Virus record (IMG/VR): IMGVR_UViG_3300027714_000004
Location: 1 to 64,000 of that record
DNA: 64,000 bases
Direction: 5' to 3' (one strand)
From: a virus
In this document: positions 47,760 through 57,138 of the stretch, piece after piece
Layout: each line of letters opens with the position of its first letter
How positions within the stretch are numbered: the stretch's first letter is position 1
Translations under genes and position numbers: made by a program
The notes under the pieces: generated by a model
What the model saw: only the letters and a program-made list of their open reading frames with translations
The model's database searches: none
What the model was told of the DNA's origin: nothing

Positions 47760-48029
47760 ATGATGAAAGTCTTACATAATAATGTTTTAGTTACACAAGA
47801 TAAAGCAAAAGAATCCACAACAGCTAGCGGTCTGATTATCTCATCTGCAAAACCTACTGGACAAACTCCAGCCAAGGTAATTAGTATGAGTATCGAAGTT
47901 GCGTCAAAGAATACTATCGCAGCGGGTAACACCGTATACTTCGATTGGAGTAAGGCGATTGCAGTAGAACTGGACGGTATCCAGTGTGCAGTTATTGATT
48001 ATAACGACATTAAGTTGATTGTAGACTAG
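47760..48029 (+). CDS. groES: GroES-like co-chaperonin (gp31 analogue)
   Basis: KVLHNNVLV, TTASGLII mobile loop, and IDYNDI. Confidence 0.85.
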   Translation: MMKVLHNNVLVTQDKAKESTTASGLIISSAKPTGQTPAKVISMSIEVASKNTIAAGNTVYFDWSKAIAVELDGIQCAVIDYNDIKLIVD

Positions 48030-48127
48030 TAGTTACTTTGTGTCTATATATGACATGGTATATTCGAAGGGTCTGATTCCCCTTTAAAAATAACTGAATC
48101 AGTGGTGCCCAGTAGAGCATAGTTGTA

Positions 48128-48202
48128 TGGGGTGTCGCCAAGTGGTTAAGGCCTCGGGTTTTGATCCCGATATCGGAGGTTCGAATCCTCCCACCCCAGC
48201 CA
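48128..48202 (+). tRNA. tRNA-Gln(UUG)
   Basis: Cloverleaf, loop TTTTGAT, CCA end. Confidence 0.95.
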
Positions 48203-48221
48203 ATCTTTTTTTAAATAAAGG

Positions 48222-48250
48222 TTGACAAAGAGAAGTAATTAGTGTATCAT
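48222..48250 (+). promoter_or_regulatory. Sigma70 promoter for tRNA-Ser and the peroxidase
   Basis: TTGACA-N17-TATCAT. Confidence 0.75.
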
Positions 48251-48263
48251 ACGTAGTTGAAAT

Positions 48264-48351
48264 GGAGAGTTGGCAGAGTGGTCGAATGCACCTGACTTGA
48301 AATCAGACGAACCGCAAGGTTCCATAGGTTCGAATCCTATACTCTCCGCCA
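48264..48351 (+). tRNA. tRNA-Ser(UGA)
   Basis: Long variable arm, loop CTTGAAA, CCA end. Confidence 0.95.
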
Positions 48352-48380
48352 TTTTATATAATACATTGATGAGATATACT

Positions 48381-49817
48381 ATGAATACTAAAGTTTTACT
48401 ATTGCTATCCTCTATATTCCTAACTGCATGTGGTGGTGACGAGTCGTCCACAACTCCTTTAGAGTCTGTTGCCAATACTCCGTCCACACCAACTGTTGCA
48501 GAACCTACGGATTTAGAGATTGCGTTAGAAGATCTCCAAGATATCATGAACGCAACGTCTCCGACTGGTTCCTATGAGGGTTATATCCTCCCAGAGAGCG
48601 ATGACTTCCTCAACATCCCCCAAGACCCCAACAACCCAATTACTGCTGAAAAAGTAGCACTAGGTAAGCTGATATACCACGAAACTGGTATCACTTCTGA
48701 TGGTCTGGGTAAGACCGATATGGATAACACGTGGTCTTGTGCGTCTTGTCACAATGGACAGAACGGGTTTAAGTCTGGTATTCGACAGGGTATTGGTGAA
48801 GGTGGTGTTGGATTCAACCATCGAACTTTTGCCGAAGGTATGGAAGAACTTGCTGATATCCAACCTGTAACATCCCCTACTGTTCTTAATACCGCATATC
48901 AAGAAGTGATGTTATGGAACGGTCAGTTCGGTAATGTTGTGGGTGGTATCGTTAATGTTGGTATTGATCCAGAGAGACACTTTACCGAAGGTACTCCTAA
49001 AGGCGAGAACTTACGTGGATTTGCAGGACTTGAAACTCAAGCACTCGCTGGTTTAGTGGTTCACCGAATGAATGCAGCAGAACCGGACTCTATACTATCT
49101 ACTAATGAGAAGTATCAGATGATGTTTGAGGCGGCATACGGAACATCACGACCGAATGATATGTTAGAGGCAGCTGCTCTTGCGATTGCCGCATACGAAC
49201 GTACTATACTTGCAAACCAAGCTCCTTTTCAAAAGATGTTACGCGGTGACGCAAATGCATTATCTTTAGAAGAAGTTGAAGGTGCGAAGGTATTCTTCGG
49301 TAAGGGTGGTTGTGCGGGTTGTCATAATGGCCCTGCGTTATCTTCACCAGTTGGTTCCTTGGCAAGTGAAGTCTTTATGACACTGGGATTCAATGACTTG
49401 GATATGTGGGAAGATACAGTTGGAGAAGTCAACCAAGCGACAAAAGAAGGTCGTGCTGGATTTACGGGTGATGAGATGGAGAAGTATGCTTTCAAAGTTC
49501 CACCACTATATAACCTCAAAGATACGAACGTGTTTGGTCATGGTGGTTCATTCACCTCTGTAGCAGATGTTGTTAGATACAAGATCATGGCAGTGGCAGA
49601 ACACTCTGAAGTCGAAAGTACAAACCTAGACCATCGTTTCGTCCCTCTGGACTTGACTGATGAAGAAGTATCTAACTTGGTGACTTTCCTAGAAGACGGT
49701 CTACATGATCCGGATTTGATGCGGTATGTTCCTGAAGAACTTCCTAGCGGTAACTGCGTAACTAACAACGATGAACAGTCTAGAGAAGAATTAGGGTGTA
49801 CCAATAATGGTCAGTAA
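48381..49817 (+). CDS. Di-heme cytochrome c peroxidase / MauG-family lipoprotein
   Basis: Lipobox FLTA|CGG; NPITAEKVALGK, CASCH, CAGCH and FKVPPLYN...GHGGSF motifs. Confidence 0.92.
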   Translation: MNTKVLLLLSSIFLTACGGDESSTTPLESVANTPSTPTVAEPTDLEIALEDLQDIMNATSPTGSYEGYILPESDDFLNIPQDPNNPITAEKVALGKLIYHETGITSDGLGKTDMDNTWSCASCHNGQNGFKSGIRQGIGEGGVGFNHRTFAEGMEELADIQPVTSPTVLNTAYQEVMLWNGQFGNVVGGIVNVGIDPERHFTEGTPKGENLRGFAGLETQALAGLVVHRMNAAEPDSILSTNEKYQMMFEAAYGTSRPNDMLEAAALAIAAYERTILANQAPFQKMLRGDANALSLEEVEGAKVFFGKGGCAGCHNGPALSSPVGSLASEVFMTLGFNDLDMWEDTVGEVNQATKEGRAGFTGDEMEKYAFKVPPLYNLKDTNVFGHGGSFTSVADVVRYKIMAVAEHSEVESTNLDHRFVPLDLTDEEVSNLVTFLEDGLHDPDLMRYVPEELPSGNCVTNNDEQSREELGCTNNGQ

Positions 49818-49974
49818 GAACGATATCACCGGAGATGCGATTCGATCCAAAACTCTATCTCAACAAGGTAGGGACAATTGGGACAACATCTTCGGTAAGA
49901 AGGATAAGGTTGATACAATTATACCTGAAACGAAAAAAGAAATCGTTATAAATAAAGATAGTAAGAAAGTATAA
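49807..49974 (+). CDS. Small phage protein (55 aa, not in ORF track)
   Basis: MVSKNDITGDAIRSK...NWDNIFGKK, a pattern I recognise from small phage ORFs. Confidence 0.6.
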   Translation: MVSKNDITGDAIRSKTLSQQGRDNWDNIFGKKDKVDTIIPETKKEIVINKDSKKV

Positions 49975-49994
49975 ATATAATTAAGAAGTTCACT

Positions 49995-50070
49995 GGGGGT
50001 ATAGCTCAGATGGGAGAGCGTCGCCCTTGCACGGCGAAGGTCTGCGGTTCGATCCCGCATACCTCCACCA
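49995..50070 (+). tRNA. tRNA-Ala(UGC)
   Basis: Cloverleaf, loop CTTGCAC, G3-U70 pair, CCA end. Confidence 0.95.
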
Positions 50071-50073
50071 TAT

Positions 50074-50247
50074 TCCCCACCGTACGGGGCTCGGTACTAA
50101 AGAGATGAACCACGCGCCTTTCATCGCGCACTAACTTGATAACTGCGATCTCTCATAACGTGCATGTTAAAAATGCCAAGCAGTTGAGTTAAGGTTCTCC
50201 AACCATAATAGTACCATTAAGAGCCCCGTACTCGTGGGGATCTTTTT
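50074..50247 (+). ncRNA. Candidate structured ncRNA B
   Basis: Closing helix of 7+11+7 bp, inner helices, and a T-run at the 3' end. Confidence 0.65.
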
Positions 50248-50281
50248 GCCTAAAATAATGTAAAATAATTGATATAAGCCC

Positions 50282-50310
50282 TTGACAATACATTCGTATT
50301 GGGGTATAAT
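50282..50310 (+). promoter_or_regulatory. Sigma70 promoter
   Basis: TTGACA-N17-TATAAT. Confidence 0.85.
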
Positions 50311-50339
50311 ATAGTATATTAAATTGAATTGGATATATT

Positions 50340-51059
50340 ATGTTTGTACATGCTCCTGTGACCTTGACCGAAATGACTGCTGTTACTACTGACACTGGTC
50401 GTCAATACATGACACCCGAAGGTGTGAATCTACCTTCTATCACTACTGTTCTTTCTATTCTCTCTCGCGACTCCATTGCTAAATGGCGTGCTCGTGTCGG
50501 TGAGAAGGAAGCAAACCGCATCTCCTATCGCGCATCTACGCGTGGTACGTCAGTTCACGAAATCTGTGAGAAGTACGTAAACAACGATCCTGACTGGAAT
50601 AAGTACATGGCAATCAACCCTGATAATGGGGAAATGAAGATGACCAAACGTACTCCTGATTTAATCGATTCGTTCTTGAAGATGAAACCAATCCTTGACG
50701 AACGTTTGACTACTGTTTATGCTCAAGAAGCTCCACTGTACTCTACCCATCTGGGTGTTGCGGGTCGTGTGGATTGCGTTGGTATCTTCGATGGTAAGTT
50801 ATCTATCATTGACTACAAGACTGCTATGAAACCTAAACGTCTTGACTGGATCAAGAACTACTTCATGCAAGAGTCTGCATATGCGATCATGTGGGAAGAG
50901 CGTACAGGAATGCCTATCACTCAGTTGGTGACTATCATCTCTGTCGACAATCACGAACCTCAAGTATTTGTAGAACACCGTGATAACTGGGTGCGGCCAC
51001 TTCGTGATACTATTGCTCAATATAACGAAGAGAATTCCGCAAATTCATTTGACATATAA
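50340..51059 (+). CDS. PD-(D/E)xK exonuclease (T4-like phage exonuclease)
   Basis: PSITTVL, RGTSVH, AGRVDC, IIDYKT and YFMQ..AY motifs. Confidence 0.88.
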   Translation: MFVHAPVTLTEMTAVTTDTGRQYMTPEGVNLPSITTVLSILSRDSIAKWRARVGEKEANRISYRASTRGTSVHEICEKYVNNDPDWNKYMAINPDNGEMKMTKRTPDLIDSFLKMKPILDERLTTVYAQEAPLYSTHLGVAGRVDCVGIFDGKLSIIDYKTAMKPKRLDWIKNYFMQESAYAIMWEERTGMPITQLVTIISVDNHEPQVFVEHRDNWVRPLRDTIAQYNEENSANSFDI

Positions 51060-51077
51060 ATAGTATTATAATATACT
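51049..51077 (+). promoter_or_regulatory. Composite sigma70 and late promoter
   Basis: TTGACA-N17-TATACT with TATAAATA (51055-51062) in the spacer. Confidence 0.65.
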
Positions 51078-51102
51078 AACCGCATTGATTATGGGAAAAA
51101 TA

Positions 51103-52398
51103 ATGTTAAAATTTGCATCATATCTATCAGAAGCATCTCTAACCTTTGGTGAGATAACTCGTGAAGATAGAGAGTTTCGTCTGGAGTTGTTCTTGCGCAA
51201 ATACAAGAGCAACGAACCATTTGATCTGACTGACGGTGGACAAGTTATACTGAAGTATAATGCAGAGATTGAACGAGCGATGAAGTCAAGAGATTCTAAG
51301 CGTGCTACGGCAATTGGTTTAGAAACTATGGATGGTGACAAGATTTCTTTTGGTAAGCTTCTCAAGACTGGTGAGTTTGGTGGTGGTCGTGGTACTGGGG
51401 GTGGTTCTCTTAACACTCGTGCCACCGAGTCCGCGCAATGTGTCTATCTACAGGCAATTTGGGATAACCCCCAAACTAACTTCTCTCCTGATGAACTACG
51501 TACTGCATATACTAAAACCCATACGGACGCAACACTAGACGAAGTTCTATTGGGTGATGATGCGTGGATATCCTCCTCTATCAATGCAGCGAAAGTATTG
51601 CATAAGGTGTTGAAGAAGAAGCAATACTCTTTCCACCGTGGTTCTAATTGGGTTAGTATCCTTGATAATAAGTTTAAGGAAGTTAACAGAGAAGAGAAAC
51701 AGTTCTCTAATCTAAACAAATGGAATCCTTCTGACATATGGATGGTCGCAAAGGGTGCAGAGAACAAGTACGATATCGAAGGTGCTAAGACACTACAGTA
51801 CTTGAACAATGAGTTGCTCAAGGCATATGCCGCACGTGACATCATTGGAGTATCTCTGAAGAAGGTAGGTAAGAAGGCTAAACTCACTCAAGTGAATTAT
51901 AAGAAACCCTTTGCTTCCCCAAAATTCACCAAGGTGTCATACGGTAAGAGAGACTTCTTCAAGTCAAAAGATGGTTACCTAATGTACTCTGGTGGAGAAA
52001 TCCAGTTTAGAACATACCCAACATTCCAGTGTGAAATCATTGGTAGAGATGCAAAGCACGGTAAGCTGAGTCATGGCCCCATTGACGCTGCTTTATATGC
52101 GACCACTCGTAATATGACGGACAACCGAAAGAAACTAGAAACTATGATTAAGAGTGACCGAGATGGGTTCCTCAAAAAGTTCTATGGATTCTATGACGGT
52201 GCTGTTGACAAACCTGTGGACTATGATACATTTACCAAGAACCTAGAAGATAAGACCACCGAATGGTTGGTGTCAAAGTATTATGTGACATCAATATTTG
52301 TGATGGTTAAGGGAAGGGAACAACAGTTCTTGGAATATCTGTATAGAGGGGCAAAATCACAATCCAAACTTTCATCAGTTCATTTGAAAGTACAATAG
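51103..52398 (+). CDS. Probable capsid-internal protein with restriction-endonuclease-like domain
   Basis: N-terminus MLKFASYLSE; TESAQC, NKWNPSDIW and IGVSLKK (PD-(D/E)xK variant). Confidence 0.55.
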   Translation: MLKFASYLSEASLTFGEITREDREFRLELFLRKYKSNEPFDLTDGGQVILKYNAEIERAMKSRDSKRATAIGLETMDGDKISFGKLLKTGEFGGGRGTGGGSLNTRATESAQCVYLQAIWDNPQTNFSPDELRTAYTKTHTDATLDEVLLGDDAWISSSINAAKVLHKVLKKKQYSFHRGSNWVSILDNKFKEVNREEKQFSNLNKWNPSDIWMVAKGAENKYDIEGAKTLQYLNNELLKAYAARDIIGVSLKKVGKKAKLTQVNYKKPFASPKFTKVSYGKRDFFKSKDGYLMYSGGEIQFRTYPTFQCEIIGRDAKHGKLSHGPIDAALYATTRNMTDNRKKLETMIKSDRDGFLKKFYGFYDGAVDKPVDYDTFTKNLEDKTTEWLVSKYYVTSIFVMVKGREQQFLEYLYRGAKSQSKLSSVHLKVQ

Positions 52399-52417
52399 AA
52401 TAGGAGTATAACATACA

Positions 52418-53776
52418 ATGGCACAATTTAGTGTAGAGAGACAACAGAGTTTATTCAACGCAGACCTTCACGAGGTCAACTTATTGGCACGATCTGACGG
52501 GTATCCTATCAAAGAAGATAATTACCTGCACGTTGGTGAATATACTTCGAAGAACCGAATTAAGGTATCTGGATACGAGACAGTATTTTTCAACACATTT
52601 CAGTACGGTAAAGAGTCTGATGTTTGGGATGAAGCGACTTCTGGGGATGCTGACGCAACCCATAACCTTAACTCAAACATGGTTGCCCTACGTGTTGGCG
52701 GAACTGCTGGCGCATCGGTCTTTAGACAAACTCGAAATGTACAGAGATATATTCCTGGCCGACAGTCGCAGTTAACCTTTGCAATAAGAATGGAAGCTCC
52801 TGTTACTGGTATTCGTCGAAGATTTGGTTTGTTTGAAGAAAATAATGGTTTCTTCTTCGAGGATGCTGGCGTTGAGGTCGAGGGGATTCCTCAGTACAAC
52901 GTAGTCATTCGTTCTAAAACAAGTGGTTCTGTTGTTGAAACGCGAGTACCTCGCGAGGCATGGAACGGAGATAAGTTAGATGGTACTGGCCAGAGTGGCA
53001 TCATTGCTGATTCTACTAAACAACAATTAATATCATTTGATTATGAGTGGTATGGAGCAGGCCAAGTTAGAGTTCTATGGAACATTGGTGGGAGAAATAT
53101 ACTTATTCACACCTTCAATCATTCTAATATACTACCTGACGTTTGGTGCTCTACCCCATTCTTACCCATTAGAATGGAACTTGAATGTATCTCTACGATT
53201 GGTGGTGATCATTATATGTATCAAGGGTCAAACAGTTTGGTCAGTGAAGGTGATGGTGGATACGGACATAAGATCGGTATCGCAGAGAATGTTAGTTCTC
53301 CGATCACAGGCACTACAACTAGTTCTGCAAGCATATGGTATCCTATACTAAGTATTAGATTAAAACCTAATGATTTAAAGGGTGTCGTATTACCAACATT
53401 TTTTCAAGTAGCAACCGCTGATAACACTAACTTGTTCTATAGAGTTGTTCGCAATGCGGTGATACCCACTGAGGTTGTTGCTGGACAAGATGGGCCGCAA
53501 CCTTGGTTAAATCAAAGAGACGCTGATGCTTTCACCCAGTATCAAACCTACATTTCTCCTGTGGCAATCGCTGATAATACCGATCAAGGGGTTTCTATTG
53601 ACTCAGGATTCATTACTGGTTCGGGGGGTGATCGAATTTCTGTAGATCCCAATACTCAGTATCAACTCGGTAGAACAGGAATGGGTACTGTAAGTGATAC
53701 ATATACCATACTATGCGCAACAACAGGCTCAAATAAATCTGTTCTCGCGGCAATGACGTGGATTGAACAGAGATAA
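52418..53776 (+). CDS. Beta-rich hypothetical / virion structural protein
   Basis: RYIPGR, RRRFGLF and DYEWYGAG; beta-sandwich-like composition. Confidence 0.55.
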   Translation: MAQFSVERQQSLFNADLHEVNLLARSDGYPIKEDNYLHVGEYTSKNRIKVSGYETVFFNTFQYGKESDVWDEATSGDADATHNLNSNMVALRVGGTAGASVFRQTRNVQRYIPGRQSQLTFAIRMEAPVTGIRRRFGLFEENNGFFFEDAGVEVEGIPQYNVVIRSKTSGSVVETRVPREAWNGDKLDGTGQSGIIADSTKQQLISFDYEWYGAGQVRVLWNIGGRNILIHTFNHSNILPDVWCSTPFLPIRMELECISTIGGDHYMYQGSNSLVSEGDGGYGHKIGIAENVSSPITGTTTSSASIWYPILSIRLKPNDLKGVVLPTFFQVATADNTNLFYRVVRNAVIPTEVVAGQDGPQPWLNQRDADAFTQYQTYISPVAIADNTDQGVSIDSGFITGSGGDRISVDPNTQYQLGRTGMGTVSDTYTILCATTGSNKSVLAAMTWIEQR

Positions 53777-53784
53777 AATAAAGG

Positions 53785-53813
53785 TTGCATAACCACTAAC
53801 AGTATGTTATAAT
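53785..53813 (+). promoter_or_regulatory. Sigma70-like promoter
   Basis: TTGCAT-N17-TATAAT. Confidence 0.6.
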
Positions 53814-53842
53814 AACATATTCCTTACTAGATGGATAACATA

Positions 53843-55063
53843 ATGGAAAACTTCGCAGATTTCATAACGGAGCAAAAGAATACGCATATGACTCACATTG
53901 AGGACAAAGTCCTGTACGGTGGAGTTGATGGTACGCGTCAGGCTATTAATGCTCTGCGAAGTCTGCGAGATATGTTGTCCGGTAGTTCAAAGGGAAGCGT
54001 CTCAGTAAAGTGGGACGGTGCTCCTGCAATCTTTTGTGGCACCGACCCAAGTGACGGTAAGTTCTTTGTTGCTAAGAAAGGTATCTTCAATAAGAACCCA
54101 AAGGTCTATAAGACTAATGCAGACATCGACGATGATACGTCAGGTGACCTAAATGCAAAGTTAAAGGAAGCATTACTATATCTTCCTGAGTTGGGAATCA
54201 AGGGTGTAATTCAGGGAGACTTCCTGTTCGGTAAAGGAGATGTGTCCACTAAGAACATCGACGGACAGAAGTATACCGTGTTCCACCCAAACACTATTGC
54301 GTATGCAGTGCCGTACGACCAATCTAAAGAAGTGCGCGATGCTAAGATCGGTATCGTGTGGCACACTACCTATAAAGGTAAAGACTTTGAGTCAATGTCT
54401 GCTTCATATGGAGTGGATGTTTCTAAACTAAAGAAGTCTAGAAACGTATGGTCTCAGGACGCGATGTTGCGAGACGCGACTAAAGCAACAATGTCGGAAA
54501 AGGATACCAAAGAAGTCAATGGTCTGTTGACTCAGATAGGGTTGTTGTTCAAACAAACCTCTTCCACAACTCTACGTGCACTAGAGAGCAATCCCAAACT
54601 AGCGCAATCTATAGAGACATACAACAATTCCTTTGTTCGTGCGGGTGCATTACTTCCGGACTCAAAAAGGCATGTTAGCGGATTGATAAGTAATAGACAA
54701 GCTTACTACAAGAAAGAGATAGACAGTAAGAAGTCTGAACGTGGTAAAGAGACGTGGAAACAGAAATATGCCGATGAAATGGAGTTTTTCTCTCCTTCTA
54801 ACCGTGCTAATCTAGTTAAAATGTTCGAATTGCAAAAATTAATAGTTTTGGTTAAATTAAAACTTATAAATAGTTTAGACAAATTAAAGTTGATTGACAC
54901 TTTCGTGAAAACTTCTAAAGGTTATAAAGTGACTGGTGAAGAAGGTTATGTAGCAATTGACACACTTGGTGGTGACGCGGTGAAATTGGTTGACCGTATG
55001 GAATTTTCATACAACAACTTTTCGTCCGATATATTAAAGGGCTGGGACTCAGCTCGAAGATAA
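53843..55063 (+). CDS. Nucleic-acid-ligase-fold protein (DUF6267-like), probable capsid-internal
   Basis: MENFADFITE; motif I SVKWDG, III IQGDF, IV EGYV, V VKLV. Confidence 0.65.
   Translation: MENFADFITEQKNTHMTHIEDKVLYGGVDGTRQAINALRSLRDMLSGSSKGSVSVKWDGAPAIFCGTDPSDGKFFVAKKGIFNKNPKVYKTNADIDDDTSGDLNAKLKEALLYLPELGIKGVIQGDFLFGKGDVSTKNIDGQKYTVFHPNTIAYAVPYDQSKEVRDAKIGIVWHTTYKGKDFESMSASYGVDVSKLKKSRNVWSQDAMLRDATKATMSEKDTKEVNGLLTQIGLLFKQTSSTTLRALESNPKLAQSIETYNNSFVRAGALLPDSKRHVSGLISNRQAYYKKEIDSKKSERGKETWKQKYADEMEFFSPSNRANLVKMFELQKLIVLVKLKLINSLDKLKLIDTFVKTSKGYKVTGEEGYVAIDTLGGDAVKLVDRMEFSYNNFSSDILKGWDSARR
54865..54872 (+). promoter_or_regulatory. Internal T4 late promoter
   Basis: TATAAATA in the AT-rich 3' part of the ligase-like gene, upstream of 55097. 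Confidence 0.55.
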
Positions 55064-55096
55064 TAATGGGATAAACCAACAGAAGGATTATATGAC

Positions 55097-55468
55097 ATGT
55101 TGTCATTTAAAGATCTAGTAACGGAAGTACTCGACGTACAACAACGTCGAAAACTTGCGATGCGAATGAAAAGAAACAAATCTAGAATAGCAATTGCGCG
55201 TAAACGTTCTGAAAAGAAGATTGCTAACATGGACACGTTAAAGAAACGTGCACGTCGACAAGCACGTAGCGCAGTAATATCCAAACTCACTAAAGGTAAA
55301 GACAAGGGAGAGATGTCGATAGCTCGTAAGAAAGATATCGAGAAGAGACTAGAACGCCCTGCTTTACAATCCCGTATCGACCGACAAGCTAAGAAACTTG
55401 TGAAGGTAGTTCGTAAGCAAGAAATCGAACGCAAAAGAAACAGGTCTAGAGGCGGTGATAACAAGTGA
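55097..55468 (+). CDS. Highly basic probable internal head protein
   Basis: MLSFKDLVTE N-terminus; K/R-rich. Confidence 0.7.
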   Translation: MLSFKDLVTEVLDVQQRRKLAMRMKRNKSRIAIARKRSEKKIANMDTLKKRARRQARSAVISKLTKGKDKGEMSIARKKDIEKRLERPALQSRIDRQAKKLVKVVRKQEIERKRNRSRGGDNK

Positions 55469-57138
55469 TTAAGAATTTTAGTCAATATCTTATCGAAGAA
55501 GAACGCGAAGTCTACTTCACGTTTGGTCGTATGAATCCTCCTACGATTGGTCATGGTAAGGTAATGGATATGTTAGCGAAGAAGTCTGGGAAGTCAGACT
55601 ATAAAGTATTTGTGTCTCAGTCACAGGACGCGAAGAAGAACCCGTTATCATACTCCGATAAAATCAAGCACACAAGAAAGATGTTTCCGAAACATGCACG
55701 GAATATCATGGTGGATAAGTCTGTTAAAACAGCTATCAACGCCATGGTCGCATTACACGATCAAGGTTACCAATCAGTAACTATGGTTGTGGGTGACGAC
55801 AGAATTACAGAATTCGATGTACTATTAAAGAAATACAATGGTGCACAGGCCAGACATGGTTTTTATAACTTCAAGAGCATTAAAGTAGTATCTGCCGGTA
55901 AGAGAGATCCAGATTCTGCTGGTATTGAAGGTATGTCCGCATCCAAACAAAGAGAGAACGCGTCTAATAACGATTTCGTTTCTTTCTCCCAAGGTGTTCC
56001 TAAGACAATGTCAAATCCTGACACACGTAAGTTGTTTAATGACGTGCGTAAGGGTATGGGTCTGAAGGAAGCCAGTGAATTCCGTAATCACCTAGAACTA
56101 GAGATAGTATCTGAAACACGAGAGAAATTCGTGCAAGGAGAATTGTTCGAGGTAGGCGATATAGTAGTAATCAAAGAAAGTGAAGAGGTTGCTACTATAT
56201 CCGTCCTAGGTGCAAACTATGTCATCGTTGAAACTAACGATGGTAAGAAGATGCGTAAATGGTTAGAGTCTGTAGAGTTAATCTCCGAAGACGTGACCCA
56301 GAAGCAACTTAATGATCTAGAGAAGTTCGGTGACCGTCTATTGAAGAAGTTCAATATCGACATCGAGTTTACTCGACACTTCGCAGACCGTATGAATGAT
56401 ACCCGTAATAGTCCTGCTATTAAGGTAACGGAACTTCAACGTCTGTTTAAGAAGATTGCAAAGAACAAGGGCAAAGGCATAAAACAGCATGGGGATGCTG
56501 AGGCAGTACTGAAAGATATGCAGTCAGACCTAAATCTACCTGTCGTTGTAAACTATAAGGACGGTGAGTTCGAAATGGTTAACAAGACTATTATGCGTAA
56601 GAAGGGATTCAAGACTAGCAGTCCAGTCATCCAGTATGAAGGACAAGACCCTGATATCAAAGACCGCGAAGGTACTCAACCAGCACGTTATCACAAAGGA
56701 CTTGCGAAGTCCACCAAGGCAAAACGTGATGCGCACTTCAAAGCAAAGAAAGATGGCCCTGCGCCAGGCGATGCTAACGCAAAGACCAAACCTTCCAAGT
56801 ATACTAAATCCTTTAAGGACATGTATGACGAAGATTGTTGGGACGGTTACAAGCAAGTCGGTGTGAAAAAGAAAGGTGGTAAGACCGTACCGGATTGTGT
56901 TGCAGAAGAGAATAGTCAAGGTATTAACGAAGGGTTCATGGACACAGTAAAGTCTAAGACCATCAATAAAAAACAATACCAACATGCGTTGATGACTTTG
57001 AAGAATCTTCTGACTCGTAAGAGTGATGAGAATAACCTGACTCATAGTACAGAGTATTATGCACAGAAGGTCGCCAAAACATATTCGGGTATGGACACTA
57101 AAGTACTGCACCGTATGTTAGGGAATTGGAAACCATGA
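55465..57138 (+). CDS. HIGH-family nucleotidyltransferase (cytidylyltransferase-like) fused to extra modules
   Basis: FGRMNPPTIGH, KNPL, VVGDDR and MSASKQR motifs; extra C-terminal modules; N-terminus NFSQYLIE. Confidence 0.8.
   Translation: MIKNFSQYLIEEEREVYFTFGRMNPPTIGHGKVMDMLAKKSGKSDYKVFVSQSQDAKKNPLSYSDKIKHTRKMFPKHARNIMVDKSVKTAINAMVALHDQGYQSVTMVVGDDRITEFDVLLKKYNGAQARHGFYNFKSIKVVSAGKRDPDSAGIEGMSASKQRENASNNDFVSFSQGVPKTMSNPDTRKLFNDVRKGMGLKEASEFRNHLELEIVSETREKFVQGELFEVGDIVVIKESEEVATISVLGANYVIVETNDGKKMRKWLESVELISEDVTQKQLNDLEKFGDRLLKKFNIDIEFTRHFADRMNDTRNSPAIKVTELQRLFKKIAKNKGKGIKQHGDAEAVLKDMQSDLNLPVVVNYKDGEFEMVNKTIMRKKGFKTSSPVIQYEGQDPDIKDREGTQPARYHKGLAKSTKAKRDAHFKAKKDGPAPGDANAKTKPSKYTKSFKDMYDEDCWDGYKQVGVKKKGGKTVPDCVAEENSQGINEGFMDTVKSKTINKKQYQHALMTLKNLLTRKSDENNLTHSTEYYAQKVAKTYSGMDTKVLHRMLGNWKP

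Noticed and set aside
48069-48110. Pseudo-tRNA or ncRNA before tRNA-Gln
   Set aside because: Only one 7-bp stem (CTGATTC/GAATCAG); no cloverleaf; insufficient support.
48270-48380. N-terminal extension of the peroxidase ORF
   Set aside because: It overlaps tRNA-Ser; the signal peptide starts at ATG 48381.
50340-51059. Cas4 / CRISPR-associated nuclease
   Set aside because: Lacks the Fe-S cysteine cluster and there is no array; it is the usual T4-like exonuclease.
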